From: Eledone cirrhosa
Lineage: Eukaryota
DNA: 64,000 nt
Assembly: GCA_964016885.1 (NCBI GenBank)
Contig: OZ024756.1
Span: forward strand, 32,860,001 to 32,924,000
Reading direction: 5' to 3'
The notes beneath the pieces were generated by a model. That model was not told the origin of the DNA and did not search any database. It saw only the letters and a list, made by a program, of their open reading frames with translations. The position numbers and the translations under genes are program-made. Shown piece after piece: positions 28,062 to 44,348 of the stretch. The stretch's first letter is position 1; each line of letters begins with the position of its first letter.

Positions 28062-28457
28062 GTGTGTACAAGCCTACACATACACACACACATATATATA
28101 CACACACATATACATACATTCACACAAACATACAACGTACATACATACACATACATGAATGCACTCCACTACATATTAACACACGCAAATAAATATAAGA
28201 AAAAAATATATAAATAATATTAACAAATATTTGACAGCGATACATGCCCCAGCTAACAGGACAGACACGCGTGGTAAGTAATACACACATAAGCGCATAT
28301 ACATACGTTCGAAATAGTAAACACATACACACACTCTCACACATAAATATACATATACAAATACATAAACACGTACATACACATACATACGCAAACACGT
28401 ACACGTATACAATATAAACACACACATGTATATGTAATTATATACACACACACACAC

Positions 28458-28498
<41 letters not shown>

Positions 28499-28787
28499 CA
28501 AAAATATAAAAATATAAAAATATAAACGCACACACACATATAAATACGTAAACACACATATACATACATAGCTAAACAATTATACACATGCAAATACGTA
28601 TATATCAAAAGAACGCACAACCAAATACAAACACACACACATATATACACACACACACACCCACACACAAACCCACACATACATAAAAATTAATAAAAAC
28701 ACACGCAACATATACATACATACACATAAATATACATATATACATATATACATATACATATATATATATACACATATATATACACAA

Positions 28788-28821
<34 letters not shown>

Positions 28822-28962
28822 ACGTACACATACACACATGCATACACATACACACACACATATACATGTGTGTATGTGTAAAGCTCAGTATTAGATAAGA
28901 CAAATGAACCTTACATAAACGTATATATAGTAGTAAAGTAATAAAGCCATACAAGGCAATTA

Positions 28963-29022
28963 ATCCATTCACCAGAGGTTTCTTAAAAGCAAAAAAAGTT
29001 TCCTTCAATCTTCAGAATGAAA
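28963..29022 (-). ncRNA. Degenerate hammerhead motif (family C; GUG at cleavage triplet)
   Basis: tttcatt-CTGAAGA-ttgaaggaaa..ttgcttttaa-GAAA-CCTCTGG-TG|aatgga. Confidence 0.6.
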
Positions 29023-29559
29023 TATACAAATATATACACACATACAGACACGCACACACACATATATATATATACATATATATATATATGTACACATATA
29101 TATATATATATATATACAGACATATATACATACACACATATACACACACATACACATACATACATACATACACATATATATACATACACAAACATATACG
29201 TACACATATACATATATACACACAAAAATACATACACATACACATAGGTATGTGAAGGGCAAAACAAAAAGAATATATGGGGTGGGGGGCCTAGAGGAGG
29301 TAAAAATATAAAGGGAGGTAAGGGAGAAAAAAATATTTTTTAAAAATACAAGAGTACAGAAGGTAGAAGCAGCAAAATAAAAGCCGTAGCAAAAGTAAAG
29401 AGCAGAGAAGGAGTTCAAGGCGGTTGATTTATCGTAGGAGTGTCAATCCAGTTACAGATCAGATGCGATTTCAGATGAGGACAGCATGTGTATATATATG
29501 TGTATGTGTGTGTAGGTGTACGCTCTTTATTTATATATATATATATGTGTATGTATGTG

Positions 29560-29602
<43 letters not shown>

Positions 29603-29807
29603 ATGTGTATGTGTATATGTGTATGCGTGCAAATTATATGTGTATATATGTGTGTGTGTGTAAGTATGCTTTTGGGGTTTTTTGTGTGTGTTTGCATGTG
29701 TAGTTTTATTTTATTTTATTTTTCCTTTCCTTCTCCCTTTTCCAGCCTCACTTTCATATAGATTGCATTTTCGTTTTTAGAATCCATATTCAATAAACAA
29801 ACCAGGA

Positions 29808-29871
29808 TTTTTCATTCTGAGGATTGAAAGCAAAACCTTTTGCTTTTAAGAAACCACTGGTAAATGGAATA
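29808..29871 (+). ncRNA. Type-I hammerhead ribozyme motif (family C)
   Basis: CTGAGGA 29817-29823, GAAA 29850-29853, predicted cleavage after 29862. Confidence 0.8.
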
Positions 29872-29971
29872 ATTGCCTTATGTTGTTTATTACATAATAA
29901 TAATAATTAAGCTCTGTTGCTTACATAGAGCACTCTTTTTTCCTGGACTTTTCCGATGGAATTACTTCATT

Positions 29972-30022
<51 letters not shown>

Positions 30023-30163
30023 GTATATATATTTATATATGTATATATGTTTATATATATATATATATATATATTTATTTGTATATGTATATATATATAT
30101 TTATTTGTATATGTATATATATATATTTATATATGTATATATATTTATATATGTATATATGTT

Positions 30164-30194
<31 letters not shown>

Positions 30195-30304
30195 GTATAT
30201 ATTTATATATATATATATATTCATATATATATATACTTATATATATATATATACTTATATATATATATATATTTATATATATATAATTTATATATATATA
30301 CTTA

Positions 30305-30423
<119 letters not shown>

Positions 30424-30593
30424 ATATTTATATGTATATATATATATTTATATATATATATATATATTAGGGTAAACATTGATGCAATTCAATTCAAGCA
30501 CTCAACGTACTTTTTCCACATAGGAGTGACGGAGTAAATATCGAATAAGGAAAAGCGAAGTAGTTTCAGAAGTCCAAGTCCTTTAATAATAAT

Positions 30594-30667
30594 GCTGTGA
30601 TATATATTTCAATGGCGACACTGGCAACACTGTTCTGTGTGCGAGTGTCGTGACATCATCAGACAGT
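30594..30667 (-). ncRNA. Type-I hammerhead ribozyme motif (family D)
   Basis: ctgt-CTGATGA-tgtcacgacact...agtgtcgccatt-GAAA-TATATA-TC|acag. Confidence 0.75.
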
Positions 30668-30813
30668 TTGTTACATAATAAGCTTATGTTTCCGAGGCAA
30701 TCCAAATTGAATCGACATGGGAACGGATGAAATGCGTGCCTTTGGGTTTATCACCCGTTCCCCTGTCGATTCAATTTGGATTGCCTCGGAAACATAACCT
30801 TATTATGTAACAA

Positions 30814-30872
30814 GCTGTCTGATGATGTCATGACAGTGTGGCCAGTGTCGCCATTGAAATATATATCACAGC
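30814..30872 (+). ncRNA. Type-I hammerhead ribozyme motif (family D)
   Basis: gctgt-CTGATGA(30819-30825)-stem II-GAAA(30856)-TATATA-TC|acagc. Confidence 0.75.
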
Positions 30873-30903
30873 ATTATTATTAAAGGACTTGAACATCTGA
30901 AAC

Positions 30904-31066
<163 letters not shown>

Positions 31067-31142
31067 TTATATATATCTATATATATATATATTTATACAT
31101 ATATATACTTATATATATATATATATATATATTAACATATAT

Positions 31143-31296
31143 AGGAGGGTCTGTGCTTTTTCTCACATATGTGAGAAAATCCACAGACGCTCCACCTCAA
31201 CTCTACTTTTGAAAAGCAGAAGAACTGCGAAACCGGTAAAGGAACCAAATAAATATATATTTTTATAAGAATAAGACTCCAGTTGCATTTTCGATT

Positions 31297-31302
<6 letters not shown>
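31143..31302 (+). mobile_element. U3:A8 HHR family copy 2 with fold-back head
   Basis: Palindromic head ggagggtctgtg..ttctcacat|atgtgagaa..cacagacgctcc, then TTGAAAA-gcag..ctgc-GAAACCGGTA|aagg (31203-31244). Confidence 0.65.
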
Positions 31303-31343
<41 letters not shown>

Positions 31344-31352
31344 CCTCCCCCT

Positions 31353-31391
<39 letters not shown>

Positions 31392-31887
31392 ATCTATATA
31401 TATATATATTCGGCGGACCTGTGAATTTTCTGAGTACCAAATTCTAATACTTCTCAAAAGTCATTGCTCAAGCTGAGACAATTGTAATTGTTCCACAGTT
31501 GGATTGAATCACATGGTTATCTGAACCAAAATATATATCTCTCTAATTGTTTCTTCCAAAATACAAAGCCAAGAGCGCTATAGCAAATTCGTCCTTAACA
31601 GAAGCAGAACGTCAAGATTATAAGCGAACAACTATTTCCCACAATACATTTACAGTTATGAATTGCAATCATTGCCTCTTCTAACACAGAAAATTGGTAA
31701 ACAATATTAAAAATGTCTCTATCGAGAAATTATGTGTTAACTCGGAAATATATTTAATTCCAAAGAAACCATAGAAATGTATTTAAGTAAAATAATTTTG
31801 TGTTAGTATGTCGTCGAGATTGTTGATAATTCAATTGCTGCAGACACTTCAAATTCTTTCATCTTAGTCTATACTGATTACATATAC

Positions 31888-32744
<857 letters not shown>

Positions 32745-33103
32745 ATACATCACAACTTGAGAGGAGATTGGATGGCACATATATCCGCCTCTTAATGAGA
32801 GTGCAAAACCTATCCTGGAAGCGACATCCCACCTTGTCTAAAATCTATGGCAAACTCCCTCGAGCCTCTGCCCTTCTAAAATCCCGGAGAGCTCAATTTG
32901 CTGGCCACTGTCACCGTGCCAACAATGAATTCATAACCGCTCTCTTGCTCTGAAACCCTGACTCCAGCTTGACTGGGAGGTGGAAGCTGCCATTCCCTGA
33001 CGTTATCTCTAGGGATACGGGAATCAGCAGACAGGACCTGGGGGAAGCGATGGGGGACAGGGGATTCTGGGGCATGAGAGTGGGATCCATCATCTCGACA
33101 GTA
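32745..33103 (+). mobile_element. 3' fragment of an RTE-type LINE
   Basis: Translation [57 protein letters not shown] matches the post-RT C-terminus of RTE-type LINEs; in-frame stop; TA on both sides. Confidence 0.8.
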
Positions 33104-33132
33104 GTATATATAAATAAATATATATATAAATA

Positions 33133-33189
<57 letters not shown>

Positions 33190-33212
33190 GTATAAATATG
33201 TATATATAAATA

Positions 33213-33985
<773 letters not shown>

Positions 33986-34289
33986 TTCAAGATTAACCAA
34001 TCTTGAAGAGAGAGATGGAGATAGTAGAGTAGATATGAGAGGAGAGATTGTTGAGTTAGTTAGAAGCCAAAGCGTAAAGGCATGTGCTCAATGTGCAATA
34101 TGCAGTAGAAAGCAGCTAGGTGGCTGGATTCATGCAGAAGTTAGGTCCGCAGAGCTGGAAATATTCATTAGTTAAGCGAAACAAGGCCACAAACTTCACA
34201 AGGAAGACATTATTAAAAGATTGTCAACATATTTTAGGTTGATGTAAGGAATGTAGAGAATAATAATAATAATATTAATAATAATAATG

Positions 34290-34415
34290 TCCGTTTACAA
34301 TTGTTTCTCTACTCCATATAATATTTCTGGATCAGATGATTATAAATCATAATTGATCTGGTTCAGTTGAAAATAATTAACATATTAAAAAAAAAGAGTG
34401 GCTCATCGGAACTTC
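34290..34415 (-). ncRNA. Type-I hammerhead motif with long stem II (CCGAUGA core)
   Basis: gtt-CCGATGA-gccactc...gagtaga-GAAA-CAATTG-TA|aac; nested hairpin gatca-..-atgatt(tat)aatcat-..-tgatc inside stem II. Confidence 0.6.
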
Positions 34416-34774
34416 AAAGGAATATCAATTAAAATAATGGGATAATGTTACATAATACAATGTTCCATATAACGGTTTTTACTATGGTGTCTTGGTTGCA
34501 TCAGTTGTCAGCCATAATCAAGCAGTATTCATCTGTCGAGGCTGCATTGTGTGATATCTGCCTATGGGTAACAAGATGGCTGCCAAAGGGCATATTTACT
34601 TTACTAATTATAGGGTGGTTTCAGGGGAAGTAACTTCTCGAGAGATTAGAAATTGTCAGTGTTTATAGTTAAGTGCTAATTTTTAATTTTTTTCATTGAG
34701 AGACAATGTAGGGGAGGTAACTTATAATTATCGAGTTTAACTTATTAGCTACAAGTGAAAATGGGGCTACATGA

Positions 34775-35152
34775 CTAAGTTGGGTCAAACATCCTATTGG
34801 CAAAGGAATTAGCCCTTCGATGCTGACAGCTAATGATTACCTCCGTTCTATCATTAATCGGTAGAGGTCGTGATAGAGTTATGTAATATGCTTCCGTAAC
34901 ACAGAGATCACAAGATTTTCTTCGTCCATTGAACGGTTGGGCCCAAGCCACGATATCCCATTTTAGTGAGTGTTGAAAGTTGTTTAATTTAAGGTTTTTA
35001 ATGAGCCAAGGCAGCGATGTCGAACATCTGTTGCTAGGGTCTCGGAAGAAAAAAGAGTGCGCGTTATAGCGTACCTTAAAAGGGTTAGAGGTAGACCCGA
35101 TATTAAAGCTGGTATTCGAAGCAGTCTCAACCGTGCACCTATAGACTAAACT
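34775..35152 (-). pseudogene. GIY-YIG endonuclease domain of a PLE (125 aa, no start or RT)
   Basis: LVYRC..NIGST..FKVRYNAH..STSL..LKW.IV..A.PF..CDLCVTEA..IND RTE+I.SCQHR: GIY/YIG, R, E and N positions plus CxxC and CxH. Confidence 0.85.
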
Positions 35153-35249
35153 AAAATATGTTGACAATCTTTTAATAATGTCCCCTGTGAAGTGTGTGGC
35201 CTTGTTTTGCTTAACTAATGAATATATATATATATATATATATATACAT

Positions 35250-35290
<41 letters not shown>

Positions 35291-35357
35291 TATATATACA
35301 TACATTTATATATATATACATATATATACACACACACCTATACATATTTACAGACAT

Positions 35358-35418
<61 letters not shown>

Positions 35419-35835
35419 CGTGTAGAAAATCCATCAAACATATTAATGACTCCCTCCCCTCCAAAAAAGATGAGAAGATTAAGATAACCTATACAATTAG
35501 AGGAGCAGGTATTTCAATTTATATACTCATTTCTCATCTGATAATTACCAGTATGTACATAAAGAAGTCCTATGTATGTGTGAAGTTGGAAGTTCATGTG
35601 TGGTTTGTTTATCTTTCTGGAGAGTGGGAATGTAACTGAGAGAGATTTGGAATAGATTAGATATTGGAGATAAAAGGCATTTAATCTGAGTTTGATTGCC
35701 TATTTCGATAGAAAACATACAGTTATGTTAGATTTGGAAGTACGGTTACTAATTAATTCTGCCATTTATATTTCATCGTGCAACACATATATACATACAT
35801 ACGTAAATATCCTCTATCTATCTATCTGTTTGCCC

Positions 35836-35898
<63 letters not shown>

Positions 35899-35900
35899 GA

Positions 35901-35991
<91 letters not shown>

Positions 35992-35994
35992 TAT

Positions 35995-36041
<47 letters not shown>

Positions 36042-36303
36042 TGCGAGGAAAAGGCCATTCGAGAGAAAGTGTAACTGACAGAGGGGGCGAAAGAGGGTGA
36101 GAGAAACAGAGAGAGGGGGGATGCAGTAAGAGAGAAATATATATATATATATATATATATACACCCGCGTGGGCTCACAGACACACACACACACATATAT
36201 ATATATATATGTATATGTATATATATATTGACTATCTAGTGAATCTTCGGACCGTTAAGTTGTGATCTCCATGGGTATGTCATTATTTATAAAACAAATT
36301 TTG

Positions 36304-36368
36304 TATTTTATCTGATGAAAGCGCACCAAGATTTGCTTGGTCGCCCTTGAAATATATATAATAAAATA
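36304..36368 (+). ncRNA. Type-I hammerhead ribozyme motif (family B)
   Basis: tattttat-CTGATGA-aagcgcaccaag(atttg)cttggtcgccctt-GAAA-TATATA-TA|ataaaata. Confidence 0.85.
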
Positions 36369-36402
36369 AATATGATTTTATAAATATAGTTCCCATTTAT
36401 TA

Positions 36403-36508
36403 CCCGCCGAGGTTGACTTTGCCTTTCATCCTTACGGGGTCGATAAAATAAAGTACCAGTAATGCACTGGGTAATTGCTGGCCTTGAGCCTAAAGTAGAA
36501 ACACTTAT
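36403..36508 (+). mobile_element. SINE family A, 3' half
   Basis: cccgccgaggttgactttgcc...gtagaaac. Confidence 0.9.
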
Positions 36509-36755
36509 TATCTTGGTATATATACATATAGGAATATGTCATTTATTTTGTCTGACCTGTTTAACTTGACTTGTTATTCTAGCTTAGGGGGTTAATGGTT
36601 TCTTAACCGTCTTCTCAGTTTCTATGGCCTTTAAAACCTATGTTTATTTCTCTGGTCTTTTTTAGCCCATGGAGCGCTTGCCAGCATGACTCGGAATTTG
36701 TGTTACGTTTCGCTTTTTTTTCCCGCCGAAATTCGATTCTCGGTGAATTTATATT

Positions 36756-36832
<77 letters not shown>

Positions 36833-37195
36833 ATAAGGTGGCATGTCGTTAAATATACAATACAGGTGAATAGCTATCGTCAATTTTGAATGTAGTATTA
36901 TGATTATAATTGGTAAAGAAACCTGTGGAATGTAGATTCATTAATTTAATTAGGATTAATCTATTGAACACCCACTTAATTTCTCTCTCATCCCCATGCC
37001 TTTTACTTTACCTCTGCCTCTCTTCCACCCTCTCCCGTTATATCTCTCTCTCGCTCTCTTCTCTATTTCTCTCTCACTCCCTCTCTCACTCCCTCTTTCT
37101 CTCATAAAGCTCCTAATTAACTCTAATGGATGAGTCAGTCTACACATTCACGCACGCACACATACACACACACACGCATATATATATCTTAAACG

Positions 37196-37484
<289 letters not shown>

Positions 37485-37632
37485 ACGCAAGAAGAGCCAA
37501 TGCCTTTGAAGCAGAGATAGAACAATAAAAAAAAGGAAACAATATCATATAGAATCTTATGCATCTTCCGGTGAGATTTACCAACTGTATATGATTCTAG
37601 AAACTTCTGAACATGATTATGATGATTATTAT

Positions 37633-37823
37633 AGGGCGATGGATTGGCAGTATCGGTAGAGGGTCGAACGCCATGCTTTCCAGCAAAGTTACGTCCCTTT
37701 ACGATCTGAGTTCAAATCCCGCTGAGGTTGACTTTGCCTTTCATCCTTACGGGGTCGATAAAATAAAGTACCAGTAATGCACTGGTTAATTGCTGGCCTT
37801 GTGCCTAAAGTAGAAACAATTAT
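37633..37823 (+). mobile_element. SINE family A, full length
   Basis: A and B boxes intact. Confidence 0.9.
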
Positions 37824-38377
37824 TATAGTGTATCACGTTGGAACTCGCAGTGTTTAAGATATCATACATCGTTATCGAACCGGGACCTCATTCTAGTATG
37901 GAATTCATAGCCTTGTTGCTATTACTCTCATAACTGCATTCACGCATACCGTCTAGACATATACATCTTCAAAGAAGAGTAACCACAATCACCCACATAC
38001 TTGCTGAAATAGCACAGTAAACATGAATGTTAGTATATAGTCAAACATTGATCTCTTACACATCCAACAAATATTCTTTCTATTTTTATCCCACTGAGCG
38101 AGACATTTGATGCCTTGGGCGAAAATTGTTATAAATTCAACTTTAGTACGCGGCAAAAAGGGGCGACATTTTAATGTACGTATCACCACTTAACTATCCG
38201 CGTAGATCCGAGATGGTCCAGTGAGCAGGAACTATTAACAACGAGAGAGTAAGTAGGCACGAGAGCAGCCTAGTTTCATTCCACAGCAAGATTCAACTCA
38301 AAAAGTCACTGCCAATATATGAAAACAAAATGTTTTTTTCTGGAGTTCATCATTGTATTATTTACTATATATCCCGT

Positions 38378-38518
38378 TGGATTGGTAGTATCGGTAAAGC
38401 GTCGTTCAAATCCCGCCGAGGTTAACTTTGCATTTCATCCTTACGGGGTCAATAAAATAATGCACCAGTAATATACTGGGGTATTTGCTGGCCTTGTGCC
38501 AAAAGTAGAAACAATTAT
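38378..38518 (+). mobile_element. SINE family A with internal deletion
   Basis: A-box region joined directly to the B-box. Confidence 0.85.
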
Positions 38519-38916
38519 TTACTATATATCCCAGCATTTAAATGTGGCGAACTCCCGCCTCTCCAGATACAAACACAGTTGCTCTCGTCTTCTTCTTTTT
38601 GCAAGAGAGAGAGAGAAGGGGATGGGGAGAATTTAACAGCACCGCAGTATTTGAACTCGAAATGCAAAAAGTCGCAGCGAATACCACGGCTCCTTTTATC
38701 CGACGATCTAACGAATCTTCCACTTCAGTGTCTCTATGAATTACTACAGAAAAAGAAAACCTTTTGTTTCACAGATTTAATTTCTTCCTTTTGTAAAAGT
38801 ACATCCTGCACGTAAATTTGAATATACTTTTGAAGACATAAGGAAACAAAATACCACTGCAGTGTTTAATTTACATTGAAGTTGACTTCCAAATGCATTT
38901 TCCTCTCATTTACATG

Positions 38917-39079
<163 letters not shown>

Positions 39080-40027
39080 CTTATAAAATTCATCGTATTG
39101 TATTTGCATTATTAGATATACCTCCATTCGAACTTAAACATCCATGGCTTGTGGAAGCGACTGCATAACTAAATTTTATAGAATCCTTAAGCAATATCTC
39201 ATTTGTAATACGATCAGCATTTCTCGCAGCTGTCTAAAGTGCATGCTATCACCTTCGAAGAAATATTATTCGTAGTCACAGGCGTTCTCTATCCCAGGAG
39301 AGATCTACCATCGCAAGGTATTATCTGTTCAATTTACTAACAATATATCTCTTAATATCGTATATTTTCTTCCTCACGGCATGAAATTTATGCCATCGTT
39401 TAAATTATTTCGACTATTTTTGCTGATGCTCTCCAATAAGTAGTTTTTGTGAATTCTAGAATTCTAATATATCGCTTAATAAACGTGGGCCAATAACTGG
39501 TTGACGCTTTATGATTATATTTGATCAATCTTAATAAACATCGCAGAGAACATCTAGCTCATATTCTCTGCTCACAAACAAACACCATTCAGTTTTAAAA
39601 AAAGGAACTATAATAGTCAAGAATATCAAGAATTTCTACCAAAGGAATGTGTGAGGGCGGGGTGCAGATCAATTAGAATTAACATACTAAGGCTCACAGC
39701 TTCCTCCTTTAGTTCAGTCAATGAAACACCATAGCTAACGGAACTGAGCAGAATAAGAGACAGCAAATCAAAATGGAAGTAAGAGAGAAGATTTCTATGT
39801 AGCTCTGACTGAAAAGAAGTGACCCGACTGAGCCAGTATGTTGCCTGTTCAACACAAGCTGCTATTTGATCCATCCTTTTGTACGTTTTACGCCTTATAA
39901 CACATAGGCTACAATACTGTTGTAGTGACCCATTATTTGCAATTGTAGAGGTATGAATAATTACATATGCAGGTACTAAATATCCAAATATATTGCCTCT
40001 TCGATAATTATACTCTCTCTCTCTCTG

Positions 40028-40319
<292 letters not shown>

Positions 40320-41451
40320 TATACATATATATACATATATATATATCACTCTCTCTACTATTCTTGATGTAACACTTTCTTAATAAAGCCATCTTCGTAA
40401 CGGTCAATAATATGAAACAAAATTATGATGTACGAAAACAAAAGAAAAAACGTAAAGAAAATCTCATTTGATGGATTGCCAGTACCAGTAGAGGGTTGGA
40501 AAACACACTTTTCTGTTATAACTACGTCTCTTTACGTTCTGAGTTCAAATATATAACTATCTATTTAATGTTTGGGCTTGATCAAGTAAAATTATTTCCA
40601 TATGTGATCCGACCTCAAGACAACCTATCTAAAAGGAATCTTATAATCCACGTTCATGACCGGACCGCAATTATTATGTGTAAATATGTGAAACCGTCTC
40701 TACAAATCCAATTATGTCAGCTTGCTTTGAAACATTATAACTAATGATTTAATATGTATGCAAATAACTTTTGGGTTTAAGCAGTTTACAATTGTTTTCA
40801 TTCCTTTATCTTTCAATCCATTTATTTCCTAATGAATCCCAATATTACATGATCCCAAATTTCAATTATTTCCGAGGAGATTATTCAAAAGCATAGAAAT
40901 GTCATTGTAAAATATCTGAATTTAAATGCAATGAAATTGAACAATAAGTTTGCATAATTTTAATTGTTCATAATTCATATAAAAACACTGAAAATTTGCA
41001 TAAAAACAAAATACACAATCCAAACATCATAAATCGTTATCTGAAGAGGACTGCACATGAGTCGACGAGAGACATTGGATTCAGGAGTTGCAGAATCATA
41101 ATTCAGTGTCATACAATAATTCTTCGATTGTTTCACAGAACAAATCTCTAGTTTTTTAATAATATTTTTCGTTTGTTCTCTACTTTTTTAAGAAAATGGA
41201 GTTGATGGGTGTTATATTCAAGATAATTTACATTATCTAGCTTGTGATATTTTTTTAATATTTTATGGAAAATAATTGCTTGGGGTTTCATTCAAAGTAT
41301 GAACTAATTATTAGATTTTCTGATAATATGTTCAGCGTTAACTTACACAATAGAAAAAAATGCAAATTTGATTAAAATCTTATTCATAAGTGTTAAAATA
41401 AATTAAATGAATACACGTCATATTTTATAAACAGAACACGTTAACAAAATC

Positions 41452-41452
<1 letters not shown>

Positions 41453-41521
<69 letters not shown>
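41453..41521. repeat. (AAT)n microsatellite
   Basis: Read directly; a second tract lies at 43626-43691. Confidence 0.95.
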
Positions 41522-41528
<7 letters not shown>

Positions 41529-43625
41529 TTATTCAAATATGTTTCGGAGTAATCATCAATTTCCTAGCACATTCGGCAAAGGAGAATAATTCTAATGTCA
41601 CGCGAAGTATTTTAAAGGACTTCTCACCTACGTGCGTGATGTACCAGTGTAGATTATATTATAATCAGTTTTCCCCTGAATATATTCATCGTAAAATGCT
41701 TCGAAAATGATGTAGTCTATTACTATACACATATATAATATATATACATGTAAATGTTACAACAAAAAAAAAAATATATACTCCGCCTATTTCGACTATG
41801 ATTGTCTCTAGTAGTTTGATCAACGTAATTCATTAGATGAGTGTGTACGATGTGGTGTGTGACAATGGCACGTCTACACGCAACGAAAAAAATATTTGCA
41901 TCGATTAGGATCGACGATTGTCGCCAGTTATTTCATTATTTCATCAACGTAACTTTTTGGATGAGTGTCGAGATGTTCTGTGATACAATGAGATGTTTAC
42001 TCTTAACATAACTCCTAGAAAGAACCAACATATCTGTGCATGGGTTGTTATTAGTTTGCAATTCAGACATAGACAGACAAACAGACAGATAGACAGGGCT
42101 TAAGAAATTTAGAAAATGTTCCATTGACATTACCAAGGCTTAAGTGCAGCCTGTCGCATGGTTGGGTCATTGGCGAATAAACCGGCAACCCCACTAAGAT
42201 TATTTGGTGAGGAGGGTGAATTTGGACACGCTGCAGGACAAAAAAAAAAACCTGACAAAGGGCGGAAAAATTCATAAGAGTCAACGCCCATCTAAAAAAA
42301 AAAGATACTGCAAAATGAATGGGTGCCACTAGTTCCAGCTGCACGCATGAGAAGACTGGTGTAGTGGTTTTGAGAAAAATGCGGCTTCGCTGATGATCAA
42401 TGCAAATTGTGAATGGAAAGGCGCTCCCGCTCGAGTTAGAAGAGAACTATTGACATTCGGGAAAAGCAGCGAACCCTGATTGTATTTCAGCAACTTAAAC
42501 GAATATGAAGTACACCAAATCCAATGCTCCTAGGGGAGGCCCTGGATTTTCTTATTTGCGTATGTAAACTCGGTCAGATTAGATTAGATTAACATATGTG
42601 CTGCTTAATGTTTCGAACACACGCACATGATTGCCTACTTTTTTTTCATACTGGATTGCTTCGCTGGAGATGTCATATGCCATTGTGTCACCAAATTATT
42701 TTTAATTTCCGATTATTCCTCTTGATGATGTGTTGGAATGATACTCTCACTTGAAAATAAACGTGCCTTTATCATTAATCATTCATTATTAATCAATTTT
42801 CAGGCTCATCTCTGTGAAATAGCACTGCAATTTATTATATAATGTGTGCTTTATTTTTTCATTTTAAATAATCAATATTCTCAATTCAAATAGTGCCCCT
42901 TTCCTGCAAGAATTATAACAAAAACATGGGAATTAAACTAGATCTTTATCATCCACTCACGAAATCCACAGATTTTTCATTTCAAGAAAGGCTTCGATTG
43001 TGACTTAATGATAGAATACATTTCAAATGGCACATTTCCATTATGGGTGGGGATTGTGATTATCCATAATTCTGAACACACCTAAGTCAGCATGCTCACA
43101 ATTTTTTACATATTTAAGAATATTTTGGCATTCATTTTAATTTAATAATGGAACCATGATTCAATTTCTTCTCTAAATTCAAGTAGATATTTAACCATCT
43201 TCTCACACAACTCCCATTTAAAATGGCAGGCCCTCAAAATGAGTACCTATATATATTGTCAATATATTTTCATTAATCCATTTAACCTAATTGAACCGAT
43301 TCTACAGCATTTTCAGAACTGAATTGAATTTATTATGGGGTGATTTTTTTTTTTCATGGCAGTTGCCAGAAGAGAATCAATTCAAGGAATCAGTTTATTT
43401 TTAGAGCTTGCTTTCTCAGTAATTCATAAATACCAGCTCTTGAAGGTAGCATAAAAAGTGATTTACCAGTGGTTAAAACCATCCCGAGAATTTCATTTCA
43501 AACAAGTAGCGTAAAAAATAAATTATCAATTTACAAGCGAAATTCCATATTATTTCTTGGTCTCTGTAGTCTCATAATTTAAGAATTCCTTTATAATACA
43601 TAAATACTTACACATTCACATACAG

Positions 43626-43691
<66 letters not shown>

Positions 43692-43840
43692 TATCAAATC
43701 TATTTATGCAATACTTTGTTTTTGAAATTGAATTCTTCTTCACTTATGTGCTGTTTTGATCTAAAGATCAGAAATCAATTTATCTCTTTCCCTGTGTTTC
43801 TTTCTTTACCTATGTACCCATCTCTCTCTCTCTCTCCCTC

Positions 43841-43872
<32 letters not shown>

Positions 43873-44348
43873 CACTCAAAACACGCACATGCCAATTCCA
43901 GCGTGTTTTTGTCTCTATTAGCGCTCTAAATATATTTTATTACTACTTTGTTTTTCGACTCGGGAAGAAATTTCCGCTAGTTAGTTCCTACCTATTGCTT
44001 TCTTTGCTTTCTAATCGGAAAGATCTGTTTACGCCGTTATGAAAACGAAGGTCACATCTTTCACTCTCGCTAAACTAAAAACCGCCTAGATTATTTGTTT
44101 TTTCCACGTATGTAGTTTTCCATGAACCATGCGATGCAATATTTTACGCAACAGTGAACACTTTCTTCACCGAACCGTAAAAGTGAATAGAATACATAAG
44201 TAGTTTACGGATTAATAACAACTTTAAAAAAAATTATCAAATATGTATTATATATATATATATATATATACATATATATCATCCCAACCTCCCTATGTAT
44301 GTCTCTCTCTTTCTTTCTTGCTCTCACCTATACATACACACAAACACA

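Larger units (their letters stand above)
27445..29972. mobile_element. Composite non-coding PLE/retrozyme-like element (family C) with 3 HHRs and a ~400-bp inverted duplication
   Basis: 27445-27850 is the near-perfect reverse complement of ~29485-29895; HHRs at 27468(-), 28963(-) and 29808(+); TA flanks. Confidence 0.75.
33985..35222 (-). mobile_element. 5'-truncated Penelope-like retroelement with inverted pLTR piece
   Basis: Minus-strand order: inverted tail copy (35151-35222 = reverse complement of 34162-34238), GIY-YIG ORF, 3' UTR, HHR, tail; (TA)n on both sides. Confidence 0.85.

Noticed and set aside
34420-34775. SECIS element or selenoprotein in the PLE
   Set aside because: No in-frame UGA in the retained ORF and no convincing SECIS fold seen by eye.
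38538-38815. Overlapping 61-78 aa ORFs with non-repetitive sequence
   Set aside because: The minus strand reads as a decayed SINE head (gaagattcgttag..gagttcaaatactgc); no protein family recognised.
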